Source: Sporomusaceae bacterium (GTDB lineage: Bacteria; Bacillota; Negativicutes; UBA1444). Taken from it: DNA of 64,000 nucleotides. Under the pieces are notes generated by a model. The model worked only from the letters and a program-made list of their open reading frames with translations. It did not search any database and was not told the DNA's origin. Positions 20,143 through 28,565 of the stretch are shown here, piece after piece (position 1 is the first letter of the stretch; each line of letters starts with the position of its first letter). Where the stretch lies: the NCBI GenBank assembly GCA_018434355.1, contig JAHDPL010000024.1:128522-192521 (forward strand), written 5' to 3'. Position numbers and translations under genes: made by a program.

Positions 20143-20837
20143 GTGGAGCAGAACTGGCCTATTTGCGGCGGATCCCTGTATTTGAAGATTTGGCGCCGGA
20201 AGATTTGCAGCTGATTATTCGGGTTACTGCAGAACGGCGGATTGCTCGCGGTCAGGCAGTGTTTAGCGAAGGAGAGCCCGGCGAAGGATTTCACTATATT
20301 CGCAGCGGACGGGTCAAAATTATCAAACTGTCTGCTGATGGGCGGGAGCATATCCTGAACATCCTTGGTCCTGGCGATGTTTTTGCCGAAGTACTGTTGT
20401 TTAATGAAGCGCCGTATCCGGCTACTGCCATTGCTGTGGAAGATGCCGTGATCGGTGTCATTCGCAATCGTGACCTAGAAGCGCTATTGGTTGCTCAGCC
20501 ACGACTGGCGGTTCATGTCATACGGGTGATGAGCAAGAAGCTGTTGTACATCCAGTCCAAAGTAAAGTCGTTTGCATTGGCCGACAGTCAGGCGAAAGTC
20601 GCGCAAACCCTGGATTATTTACTGGGACGGTATGGGAACCCTACCGGCAATACGCGGGAAGTAACCCTGGAAATTAATCGCCAGGATCTTGCCAATATGG
20701 CTGGAACGACGCGAGAAACAGTAAGTCGTGTGTTCAGGACGTTAAAGGATGATGGAGTGATTGAGGATGAAGAACGACGAATCGTAGTAAGGGATCCAGT
20801 TCGTTTGCGGACATATTTCGAACAATCGGTAGTTTAA
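20139..20837 (+). CDS. Crp-family (cNMP-binding) transcriptional regulator
   Basis: cNMP-binding domain plus C-terminal HTH with recognition helix RETVSR (CRP-like R-E...R); no FNR Cys cluster; start overlaps upstream gene stop (ATGA). Confidence 0.8.
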   Translation: MSGAELAYLRRIPVFEDLAPEDLQLIIRVTAERRIARGQAVFSEGEPGEGFHYIRSGRVKIIKLSADGREHILNILGPGDVFAEVLLFNEAPYPATAIAVEDAVIGVIRNRDLEALLVAQPRLAVHVIRVMSKKLLYIQSKVKSFALADSQAKVAQTLDYLLGRYGNPTGNTREVTLEINRQDLANMAGTTRETVSRVFRTLKDDGVIEDEERRIVVRDPVRLRTYFEQSVV

Positions 20838-20940
20838 AGTTGACCCCGCTTGGTTTAATTAGTTATAATATTATTAGTTGTAACTAAAACGATGTATAAT
20901 ATTATTTTGTTTTCATCGTTAACACCGAGGAGGGTTATGT

Positions 20941-21240
20941 TTGTTGGTTTTGACCCCGGAAGCTATTAGTTATATCAAAGAAAAGCAACAACCGATCTAT
21001 TTGGATCATCCGCCGCTTTCCGGCGCAAACAGTCAGATGAAGATCAAGCCGCCACCGGTAAAATTCGGGGTACCGAAAAATCTGCCTGATTTTACTTTAC
21101 ATGAGGAACAGGGTGTAACCGTCTATATGCCTCGCGGACTGGAAGTGGTCCAGATAACAGTGGAATTGTCGGGGATTTTGTTCCTGAAGAAACTGATGGC
21201 TCGTGTAGCCGTCGGAAAAAAGTTGGGAAGTTGTTGTTAA
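20941..21240 (+). CDS. small hypothetical protein ending in C-terminal Cys-Cys (possible CC/Se-motif family)
   Basis: 99 aa, TTG start after GAGGAGGG; ...RVAVGKKLGSCC*; own sigma-70-like promoter TTGACC-17-TATAAT upstream. Confidence 0.45.
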   Translation: MLVLTPEAISYIKEKQQPIYLDHPPLSGANSQMKIKPPPVKFGVPKNLPDFTLHEEQGVTVYMPRGLEVVQITVELSGILFLKKLMARVAVGKKLGSCC

Positions 21241-21267
21241 ACAAGAATAAGCTATCTGCGATGATTA

Positions 21268-21307
21268 ACCGGGTGTTTGCAAGTGCGAACCCCGGTGATT
21301 TTTTTTT
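21268..21307 (+). terminator. Rho-independent terminator
   Basis: ACCGGG...CCCGGT hairpin followed by T9. Confidence 0.6.
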
Positions 21308-21323
21308 ATAAAAAGTTTTTGCG

Positions 21324-21339
21324 TGTGATTTATATCACA
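21324..21339 (+). promoter_or_regulatory. CRP-type operator TGTGA-N6-TCACA
   Basis: Perfect palindrome TGTGATTTATATCACA 80 nt upstream of the ATG at 21404. Confidence 0.6.
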
Positions 21340-21403
21340 GCATTGTTAGCCAGAATCAATTATTCTATAGACAGAGCAGAACAAATATCAGGGGGAATGA
21401 AAG

Positions 21404-22375
21404 ATGTTGCCCAAAGGCGCCAACCTACAAAAAATTCGTAATGGAAATAAAACGTATGCGGTTACCCCGCATCTGCCAGGCGGGTTTGTAAAACCGGAAG
21501 TCTTGGAAAAGTATGCGCAAGTAGCACGAAAATATGAAGGAACGCTAAAATTAACCTCAGCCCAACGGATCATGATCACCAACTTGAAAGCGGAAGACAT
21601 CGAAGCGATCTGGGCTGAGCTGGGGATGCAACCGGCGATGGGATTTGCCAATTGTGTACGTAGCGTCAAAGTTTGTCCGGGGATTGCTTTCTGCAAACGA
21701 GGTAAGCAGGACAGCGTGAAACTGGGACTAGAGCTGGATCGGCGATATATCAAGAAAGAGATGCCTTCGCGCATGAAATTCGGCGTGTCGGGTTGTCCGA
21801 ACTCTTGTTCGGAATCTGTCATCAAGGATGTCGGAGTCATTGGCACTGAAGCTGGATGGGATGTATATGTGGGAGGCAGCGCCGGGTCGCATCCACGATT
21901 GGCCGATAAATTGGCTGAAAGCCTTGATTATTACGACACATTGCGTCTTGTTGATATCGTAGTGCGTTATTATCAGAAATATGCCGACATCGAACGGGTC
22001 GGACAGTTTATCGACCGGATTGGCTTTGCAAAGTTCCAGGCCGATGTACTAGCTGAGTTTAACGGAACTGGGGCGGTGGAAAGCACGGTGACCGCATCGA
22101 CGGTTTCGTCGGAAAAATTGACACCGATGCCGGGGGCTTTGACAGAGGGGACATTGGTGGTTGGCGATCCGATAACGCAAGGCAGCGTAATCGCTGACAT
22201 CATTCGGATCTATCCGCAGACGATTCCGGTATTGCGTGGGTTTGGCATGGGTTGTCTCGGTTGCCCGTCCGCCACGGGGGAACCGTTGGAAAAGGCGGCA
22301 GGGATTCATGGTTTGGCGGTTGAGGAACTGATAGTCGCACTAAATGAAGTCGTATTGAGGGGGAAATTAACATGA
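21404..22375 (+). CDS. nitrite/sulfite reductase-like (ferredoxin-like half domain + 4Fe-4S/siroheme domain) fused to C-terminal DUF1858 redox-disulfide domain
   Basis: C-X6-C...C-X3-C cluster (CVRSVKVCPGIAFC, SGCPNSC); C-terminal ~80 aa with GFGMGCLGCP motif typical of DUF1858. Confidence 0.6.
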   Translation: MLPKGANLQKIRNGNKTYAVTPHLPGGFVKPEVLEKYAQVARKYEGTLKLTSAQRIMITNLKAEDIEAIWAELGMQPAMGFANCVRSVKVCPGIAFCKRGKQDSVKLGLELDRRYIKKEMPSRMKFGVSGCPNSCSESVIKDVGVIGTEAGWDVYVGGSAGSHPRLADKLAESLDYYDTLRLVDIVVRYYQKYADIERVGQFIDRIGFAKFQADVLAEFNGTGAVESTVTASTVSSEKLTPMPGALTEGTLVVGDPITQGSVIADIIRIYPQTIPVLRGFGMGCLGCPSATGEPLEKAAGIHGLAVEELIVALNEVVLRGKLT

Positions 22376-22980
22376 GCGCATTTATCGGGCCGATCCACTA
22401 TTGGTTGTATGGAAAAATCCATCTGGTGAATCAGCGGCAGGAATATCTACGGGAAAAAGTCAGTGAGATGTGCGGGTCCACTGCCGAAGAATTATGGGAA
22501 CAAGTGACGCAGAGCTTTGGAGAACCTTTGCCTGACAAGGATCTGGGCGAGTTAATCGCGCACGACAATATTCATGGTTGGCTGCAACGTCAGATCAATT
22601 TGGCGGAAAGCCGGGAAGCGGCTTTCATCAAGGAACTGACAGACACTTGTGGCGGAGCTGCGCAGGACCTGATTGGCAGGACATTTGCCGAGCATGGAAA
22701 ACAAACCGGCGAGGCAGTCGCCGCATCCGGACGTTATGATCTGAGTTCGGCAGCAAGCATATTGAAAGCATTGAATGACCACTACCTCAGCGGAATGCCT
22801 TGCGACGACGGTGATTGCGTCATGGCGATCCATCAGCCGAATTGGCAGCGGACCGGCGTCAACGAGGCGGACATGCGCTCGTATTATGAGCAATGGCTCA
22901 AAGGCTTCGTACAAGGTGCAAACGCAAAATTTGTCTACAAACTGGATGGGGAGAGTCACCAGATTTCTCCTTCTGCATAA
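22372..22980 (+). CDS. hypothetical protein (202 aa), translationally coupled to the sulfite-reductase-like gene
   Basis: ATGA overlap with upstream gene; no recognisable motifs. Confidence 0.5.
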   Translation: MSAFIGPIHYWLYGKIHLVNQRQEYLREKVSEMCGSTAEELWEQVTQSFGEPLPDKDLGELIAHDNIHGWLQRQINLAESREAAFIKELTDTCGGAAQDLIGRTFAEHGKQTGEAVAASGRYDLSSAASILKALNDHYLSGMPCDDGDCVMAIHQPNWQRTGVNEADMRSYYEQWLKGFVQGANAKFVYKLDGESHQISPSA

Positions 22981-23014
22981 AAAATGGCAACCAAATGGTG
23001 GTAGTGATTTGAAA

Positions 23015-23058
23015 AACCGGCGGGCCGCTCCTTAATGGGAAACGGCGCCGGTTTTCTT
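23015..23058 (+). terminator. Rho-independent terminator
   Basis: AACCGGCG...CGCCGGTT hairpin + TTCTTT. Confidence 0.6.
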
Positions 23059-23156
23059 TGCAGTTTATGCCAATGACAAAGGAAATAGCTGATATTTATC
23101 GAATTACGACAATAAACATCGTTGACGAATTCAAAAAGTGAAGGAGAAATGCAGGC

Positions 23157-23921
23157 GTGGATAAAATGCTGGGTGGAGTAACCGGGAAAGTTGCGATTGT
23201 CACCGGCGCAACCCGCGGCATTGGGCAGGCGATTGCGCAAGCTTACGCGGCAGCTGGAATCAAAGTGGCGGTTGTCAGTCGTAGTGCCGTGGATTGTGAA
23301 CAGGCGGCCCGGTCAATCAACGAAACCGGCGGAGCTGCGATGGCGGCGCACTGCGACGTGACGCAGGTGGCTGCGTTCAGAAAAGTGGTCGAGCAAGTGG
23401 TCGAATACTGGGGCAGGTTGGACATCATGGTCAACAACGCCGGGACGGCGATTACCCGTAAGGCGATCGACCTGTCGGAAGAGGAGTGGGACCGGGTCGT
23501 GGACCTGGACCTGAAGAGCGTTTTCTTTTGCGCCCAGTCGGCTGCGCGGGTGATGATTCCCCAACAGAGCGGCAAGATTATCAACGTCGCATCGATTCTT
23601 GGTTTGGTTGGCGCGAACGGCTTGATTCCTTATTGCGCGGCCAAGGGAGGCGTCGTGAACCTGTCACGGGCGCTGGCCAGTGAATGGGCCCGTTATGGTA
23701 TTCAAGTAAATTCTTTGTGTCCGGGTTATGTCATCACAGATATTAATCGCGATAAATTGAGCGATGAAAAAACGCAGGCTGCTTTGTTAACAAAAACACC
23801 GGCTGGTCGCTTAGGTCAGGTGGGGGACATGACAGGGGCGGCATTGTTTCTTGCTTCGCCGGCATCCGACTATATGACCGGTCAATGTCTGACCGTGGAC
23901 GGAGGTTGGACTGCAATCTGA
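23157..23921 (+). CDS. SDR-family oxidoreductase
   Basis: GKVAIVTGATRGIGQAIA Rossmann motif, NNAG, Y...K catalytic pattern; GTG 10 nt after AAGGAG. Confidence 0.8.
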   Translation: MDKMLGGVTGKVAIVTGATRGIGQAIAQAYAAAGIKVAVVSRSAVDCEQAARSINETGGAAMAAHCDVTQVAAFRKVVEQVVEYWGRLDIMVNNAGTAITRKAIDLSEEEWDRVVDLDLKSVFFCAQSAARVMIPQQSGKIINVASILGLVGANGLIPYCAAKGGVVNLSRALASEWARYGIQVNSLCPGYVITDINRDKLSDEKTQAALLTKTPAGRLGQVGDMTGAALFLASPASDYMTGQCLTVDGGWTAI

Positions 23922-23969
23922 TTTTTAAAGGGATATTTGTGACGGCATTTATCTTGAGGAGGGGTGTTT

Positions 23970-25421
23970 GTGAAAACTGCGCAACAGTACATCGACAGTC
24001 TGCGTCAGCGAAAAGTAAAGGTTTATTTGAAAGGACAGTTGTTGGACTCGCAAACGTTGGTTGACCATCCGTTTATTCGTGGCCATGTAGCTTCTGCCGC
24101 ATTGACGTTCGAGCTGGCGCATGAACCGGAAAGCGAAGACCTGATGACGGCGGTTTCCCACTTGAGCGGAAACAGGATCAACCGTTTCACCCACATCCAT
24201 CAGAGTGTTGAAGATTTGCTGAAAAAAGTGAAAATGTTGCGGATGATTTCGCAAAAAACGGGAACATGTTACCAGCGTTGCGTCGGATTTGATGCGTTGA
24301 ATTCACTTTATACCGTTACTTATGAGATGGATCAAGCGTTGAAAACAGATTATCACCAACGATTTAAAAGATTCCTGGCCCATGTGCAAGAAAACGATCT
24401 AATGGTTGCAGGAGCGATGACCGACACCAAGGGGGACCGATCGTTAAAACCGAGTCAACAACCCGACTCCGACATGTATGTGCATGTGGTCGAACGCAAT
24501 GATAAAGGGGTGGTGATTCGCGGCGCCAAAGCCCACATGACAGGCATGGTGAATTCACATGAGATGCTGATTATGCCAACAGCCGCCCTTACGCCGGAGG
24601 ACAAGGATTATGCGATTTCCTGCGCTTTGCCGGTTGATGCGCCGGGGGTGTTTCATGTGTTCGGCCGTCAGACCAATGATGATCGTAAAATGGAAGGCGA
24701 GATCGATCAGGGGAATGCGCAGTATGGAATTGTCGGCGGCGAGTGCCTGACGGTTCTGGATAATGTATTTGTGCCGTGGGAACGGGTGTTCATGGATGGT
24801 GAGACCGATTTTGCCGGACTGCTGGTCGAGCGGTTCGCCTGTTATCACCGCCAAAATTATGGCGGCTGCAAGGGTGGCGTTTCAGACATCGTCATCGGTG
24901 CGGCAGCAACCATGGCCGACTATGGCGGTTATGGCAAAGCAGCCCATGTCAAAGAAAAAATCAATGAAATGATTCATTTGACAGAAACATTGTATGCCTG
25001 TTCGATTGCCTGTTCGGCCGAAGGCCACCAGACAGCGTCCGGCGCATATTTTGTCGATCCCTTGCTGGCCAATGTCGGCAAACATAATGTGACCAGGTTG
25101 ATTTATGACATTGATCGCCTGGCTCAGGATATTGGCGGCGGTTTAACGGCGACCCTGCCTTCGGAAGGCGACCTGCGCCATCCGGAAATCGGACCGTATA
25201 TCGAAAAGTATTTTAAGGGAGTAGCTGGTGTAAGTACGGAAAACCGGCTGAGGATGGCCCGCCTGATTGAAAATATGACCGGCGGAACTGCCTTGGTGGA
25301 AAGCATGCATGGCGCCGGGTCACCGCAAGCGCAGAAAGTAATGTATTCAAAACTGGCAAATTTGGAGCATAAAAAACGCTGCGCCAAAAAAATTGCCGGC
25401 TGTAAATCGGAAACAGAGTAG
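23970..25421 (+). CDS. abfD: 4-hydroxybutyryl-CoA dehydratase / vinylacetyl-CoA delta-isomerase
   Basis: ~484 aa; cluster-ligand pattern C-x3-C (TGTCYQRC) and H-x6-C (HRQNYGGC) matching AbfD; GAGGAGGGG RBS, GTG start. Confidence 0.75.
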   Translation: MKTAQQYIDSLRQRKVKVYLKGQLLDSQTLVDHPFIRGHVASAALTFELAHEPESEDLMTAVSHLSGNRINRFTHIHQSVEDLLKKVKMLRMISQKTGTCYQRCVGFDALNSLYTVTYEMDQALKTDYHQRFKRFLAHVQENDLMVAGAMTDTKGDRSLKPSQQPDSDMYVHVVERNDKGVVIRGAKAHMTGMVNSHEMLIMPTAALTPEDKDYAISCALPVDAPGVFHVFGRQTNDDRKMEGEIDQGNAQYGIVGGECLTVLDNVFVPWERVFMDGETDFAGLLVERFACYHRQNYGGCKGGVSDIVIGAAATMADYGGYGKAAHVKEKINEMIHLTETLYACSIACSAEGHQTASGAYFVDPLLANVGKHNVTRLIYDIDRLAQDIGGGLTATLPSEGDLRHPEIGPYIEKYFKGVAGVSTENRLRMARLIENMTGGTALVESMHGAGSPQAQKVMYSKLANLEHKKRCAKKIAGCKSETE

Positions 25422-25447
25422 CGTAAAGAAAGGCAAGGGATCAAACA

Positions 25448-25900
25448 ATGGAAAATAATCGGGTGGAACAGGCGGTTGCTTTATTTACAGGAGGGATGGC
25501 CTGTTCGCAGGCGATTTTGGCAACGTACGGGCCGCTTTTCGGGTTTGACCGAGATGAAGCGATTCGTATTGCACGTGGATTTGGCGGCGGCATGGGACGT
25601 CTGTCGGAGACATGCGGTGCGGTGACCGGCGCTTTTATGGCGATTAGTCTGAAGTTTGACGGAACTGATAAACAGACCAAGGAGGATAATTATGCACTGA
25701 TGCAGGAGTTCGCCCGCCGGTTCAAGTCGAAGCATCATTCGCTGAATTGCACGCAGTTGCTTGACTGTGACCTTGGCAAACCGGAAGATCAGGCAAAATT
25801 CCGTGAACTGGGCAGAATGCAGTCGCATTGCATTTGTTATGTGCGAGAAGCAGCGCAGCATCTTGAAGAATTGTTGGAACTGGAGAACAAGCCGGTTTGA
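25448..25900 (+). CDS. C_GCAxxG_C_C-family protein
   Basis: 150 aa; GGMACSQAIL and ETCGAVTGAFMA motifs characteristic of the family. Confidence 0.65.
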   Translation: MENNRVEQAVALFTGGMACSQAILATYGPLFGFDRDEAIRIARGFGGGMGRLSETCGAVTGAFMAISLKFDGTDKQTKEDNYALMQEFARRFKSKHHSLNCTQLLDCDLGKPEDQAKFRELGRMQSHCICYVREAAQHLEELLELENKPV

Positions 25901-25918
25901 TGTTGAACGGGGGAAACG

Positions 25919-27457
25919 ATGAGCGAAAGTAAAGACTATTATGCCGTAGCAGATGCTTTTTCCCATTTGCTTGCCCGTCTGCAGGCCGGCGATTCTTTTG
26001 ACGATCCGGTCGAGCGCCGACAACTGATTGAGGGTTTGCTTGCTGCACTAAATTGTTTGCAGGAAACGCATGAATACGATTTCCGTGAAATCGGCGATCA
26101 TTTGTATGACGGGATTTATATCGCCGACGGCCAGGGCAAGACGATGTACGTCAACAAGGCTTATACCCGGATCACCGGGATTCAGGCGCAGGAAGTCGTC
26201 GGTCGCTATGTTTCTGAACTGATGGCAGACGGACTTTATAAAAACGCCGTTACGCCGGAGGTCATCCGGACAAAAAAACAAGTTAATGCGATGGCGGAAA
26301 GCTTGCGCAATGGAATCAAAATGTTGATCACCGGAAATCCGATCTTTGATCCGGCCGGCAATGTGAAGAAAGTGGTTGTGATTGATCGGGAAATGTCCGA
26401 TTTGATGGAAATGAAGGCTGAACTGGACGCATCGCAGGAAAAAATGAAAGCGGTGGAAGAAGACAAGGACAAAAAGAAAGAAGAAATCGAACATTTGCGC
26501 CGCCTGCATTTCAGCAAGACGTTGATTGCCCAAAGCCCGGCGATGGAAAGGGTGATTGCGGCAATCAACCAGATTGCCCGCTTGGATGTCACAGTGTTGA
26601 TTACCGGCGAAACCGGTGTGGGAAAGGAAGTCGTGGCCAATGCCATCCGGGTCAACAGTGCCCGGGAGAAAGGTCCGTTCATAAAAGTCAACTGCGCGGC
26701 GATCCCCGCTACGTTGTTGGAAGCAGAACTGTTTGGTTATGAAAAAGGGGCGTTTACCGGTGCAACATCCGGCGGCAAGATGGGATTGTTCGAACTGGCT
26801 GACAAGGGGACATTGCTGCTGGATGAAATCGGTGAAATGTCGCTGGAATTGCAGGCGAAATTACTGCGGGTGATCCAGCACAAGGAAGTGAATCGTATCG
26901 GCGGTTCCAAGCCGATTCAGACTGATGTGCGGATTTTGTCGGCGACGCATTGTGAACTTAAAGAGTTGGTGCGGCAGAATAAATTTCGTGAAGACTTGTA
27001 TTATCGGCTGAATGTTTTTCCGATTTACATTCCGCCGCTGCGGGAACGACCGGAAGACGTCGCGTTATTGGTCCGACATTTCTTGTCGACGTTCAATACG
27101 AAGTACGGAAAATCTGTCTTGATTGATAGTGGAGGCATGAATACACTGCAGCGCTATTCCTGGCCCGGCAATGTGCGGGAATTGCAAAACATCGTAGAAC
27201 GCATCGTGATTATTTCGGAACCTCATGTCGTGGTAGGCGGTCCGCGTATCGCTGGTCTGTTGGATATGGACCCGTTTGTATCCGATAACAACGAGGAGGC
27301 AATGGGGCTATATGAGTTGGTGGAAGCGACGGAGCGGCGCATGATCGAAAAAGCGCTGCGGCTCGGCGGCAGCACCCGCAAAGCGGCAGCGATGCTGAAA
27401 ATCGACCAGTCGACTATCGTGAAAAAAGCAAAGAAACTCGGTATCCTCGTGAAGTGA
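25919..27457 (+). CDS. sigma-54-dependent transcriptional activator (PAS sensor - AAA+ sigma54 interaction - Fis HTH)
   Basis: Walker [15 protein letters not shown] motif (EKGAFTGA), C-terminal HTH. Confidence 0.9.
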   Translation: MSESKDYYAVADAFSHLLARLQAGDSFDDPVERRQLIEGLLAALNCLQETHEYDFREIGDHLYDGIYIADGQGKTMYVNKAYTRITGIQAQEVVGRYVSELMADGLYKNAVTPEVIRTKKQVNAMAESLRNGIKMLITGNPIFDPAGNVKKVVVIDREMSDLMEMKAELDASQEKMKAVEEDKDKKKEEIEHLRRLHFSKTLIAQSPAMERVIAAINQIARLDVTVLITGETGVGKEVVANAIRVNSAREKGPFIKVNCAAIPATLLEAELFGYEKGAFTGATSGGKMGLFELADKGTLLLDEIGEMSLELQAKLLRVIQHKEVNRIGGSKPIQTDVRILSATHCELKELVRQNKFREDLYYRLNVFPIYIPPLRERPEDVALLVRHFLSTFNTKYGKSVLIDSGGMNTLQRYSWPGNVRELQNIVERIVIISEPHVVVGGPRIAGLLDMDPFVSDNNEEAMGLYELVEATERRMIEKALRLGGSTRKAAAMLKIDQSTIVKKAKKLGILVK

Positions 27458-27471
27458 TGACAAACGTCATC
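27456..27471 (+). promoter_or_regulatory. enhancer-like palindrome GATGACAAACGTCATC (putative activator-binding site 1)
   Basis: 16-bp perfect inverted repeat ~200 nt upstream of the sigma-54 promoter; a half-site GATGACAAA recurs at ~27479. Confidence 0.5.
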
Positions 27472-27498
27472 TAATGCGATGACAAATAGAATCGAACG

Positions 27499-27529
27499 GA
27501 AACGCCTGTAATCGGCGTTTCTTTTTTTA
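27499..27529 (+). terminator. Rho-independent terminator after activator gene
   Basis: GAAACGCC tgtaatc GGCGTTTC + T8. Confidence 0.75.
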
Positions 27530-27542
27530 TTTTGTTATATTT

Positions 27543-27558
27543 GATGACCTTTGTCATC
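27543..27558 (+). promoter_or_regulatory. enhancer-like palindrome GATGACCTTTGTCATC (putative activator-binding site 2)
   Basis: Second copy of the GATGAC-N4-GTCATC inverted repeat, ~110 nt upstream of the -24 element. Confidence 0.5.
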
Positions 27559-27654
27559 GGTTGTGATTGCGTGAACTTGCAAAGGTTAATGGAAAATCAA
27601 TGAAACACAATGAAATTAGGGGTTTTAACCCATTTTTGCATGTCGAGATTTGGT

Positions 27655-27670
27655 TGGCACGAATGTTGCA
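27655..27670 (+). promoter_or_regulatory. sigma-54 (-24/-12) promoter TGGCAC-N5-TTGCA
   Basis: TGGCACgaatgTTGCA, exact consensus with GG-N10-GC spacing, 78 nt upstream of the kce-like ATG. Confidence 0.8.
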
Positions 27671-27732
27671 ATGATTGGCAATTGACTGATAAAGGACAAC
27701 GTGTCCGGAGAAAGACAGGGAGGCAGAAAAAC

Positions 27733-28554
27733 ATGAACAAGGTAATTATCACGGTGGCGCCGACCGGCGCCTGGCCAACCAAGGAGAACAATCCCAATGT
27801 TCCGATGACCCCGAAAGAAATTGCCAACGACGTATATGAGTGCTGGCAAGCCGGCGCTGGTATCGCTCATCTGCATATGCGGGACGATGCAGGAAAAGGA
27901 ACCATGAGCAAGGATAAATTCCGCGAAACGGTGGAATTGATTCGTGAAAAATGCGATATCGTGTTGAATCTCACGACATCCGGCGATCTGAATGCGACTG
28001 ATGAGACCCGCATGGCTCATTTGATCGAACTGAAACCGGAACTTGCATCCTATGACGCCGGATCGATGAACTGGATGCATACCAGTCTTTTTCTCAACCC
28101 GCCGCAATTTTTGGAAAAGCTCGGCAAAACGATGGCTGAGAACGGTGTAAAGCCGGAAATCGAAGTATTTGACGCCGGTATGTTCTATAACGCGGAATAC
28201 TACATGAAAAAAGGCGTCATCAGCAGTCCCGGTCACTATCAATTTGTCCTGGGCGCAGCCGGCGGTACCGCAGCGACGGTGGAGAATCTGGTGTATCTGA
28301 AGAGCTTGCTGCCAAAAGAGGCGACCTGGTCGGCACTGGGAATCGGTGCAGGGCATATTCCCATCCTGTTTGCTACGATTGCGCTGGGTGGACATGTACG
28401 GGTCGGGATGGAAGATAATGTGGTCTATGCGAAAAACCGTCTGGCAAAATCCAACGCCGAGTTTGTTGAGCGGGCAGCTCGATTGATTCGGGAAGCGAAC
28501 AAAGAGGTTGCATCTCCTAGTGATGCCCGGGAAATCTTGAAACTGAAACGATAG
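27733..28554 (+). CDS. BKACE-family beta-keto acid cleavage enzyme (Kce-like, DUF849), paralog 2
   Basis: MNKVIITVAPTGAWPTKENNPNVPMTPKEIA...AHLHMRD; ORF track start 27610 is an upstream extension across the promoter. Confidence 0.8.
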   Translation: MNKVIITVAPTGAWPTKENNPNVPMTPKEIANDVYECWQAGAGIAHLHMRDDAGKGTMSKDKFRETVELIREKCDIVLNLTTSGDLNATDETRMAHLIELKPELASYDAGSMNWMHTSLFLNPPQFLEKLGKTMAENGVKPEIEVFDAGMFYNAEYYMKKGVISSPGHYQFVLGAAGGTAATVENLVYLKSLLPKEATWSALGIGAGHIPILFATIALGGHVRVGMEDNVVYAKNRLAKSNAEFVERAARLIREANKEVASPSDAREILKLKR

Positions 28555-28565
28555 GAGGTGAGAAG

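Noticed and set aside
20838-20940. Direct repeat ATAATATTATT (x2) and palindrome TTAGTTGTAACTAA upstream of the CC-protein gene as a possible mobile-element end
   Set aside because: Short AT-rich promoter-region repeats overlapping a TTGACC/TATAAT promoter, with no flanking transposase or target-site duplication. More likely promoter or operator sequence.
27625-28395. 256-aa minus-strand ORF over BKACE paralog 2
   Set aside because: Opposite strand encodes a protein with the conserved Kce HxH motif and is preceded by a sigma-54 promoter, so this is a shadow ORF.
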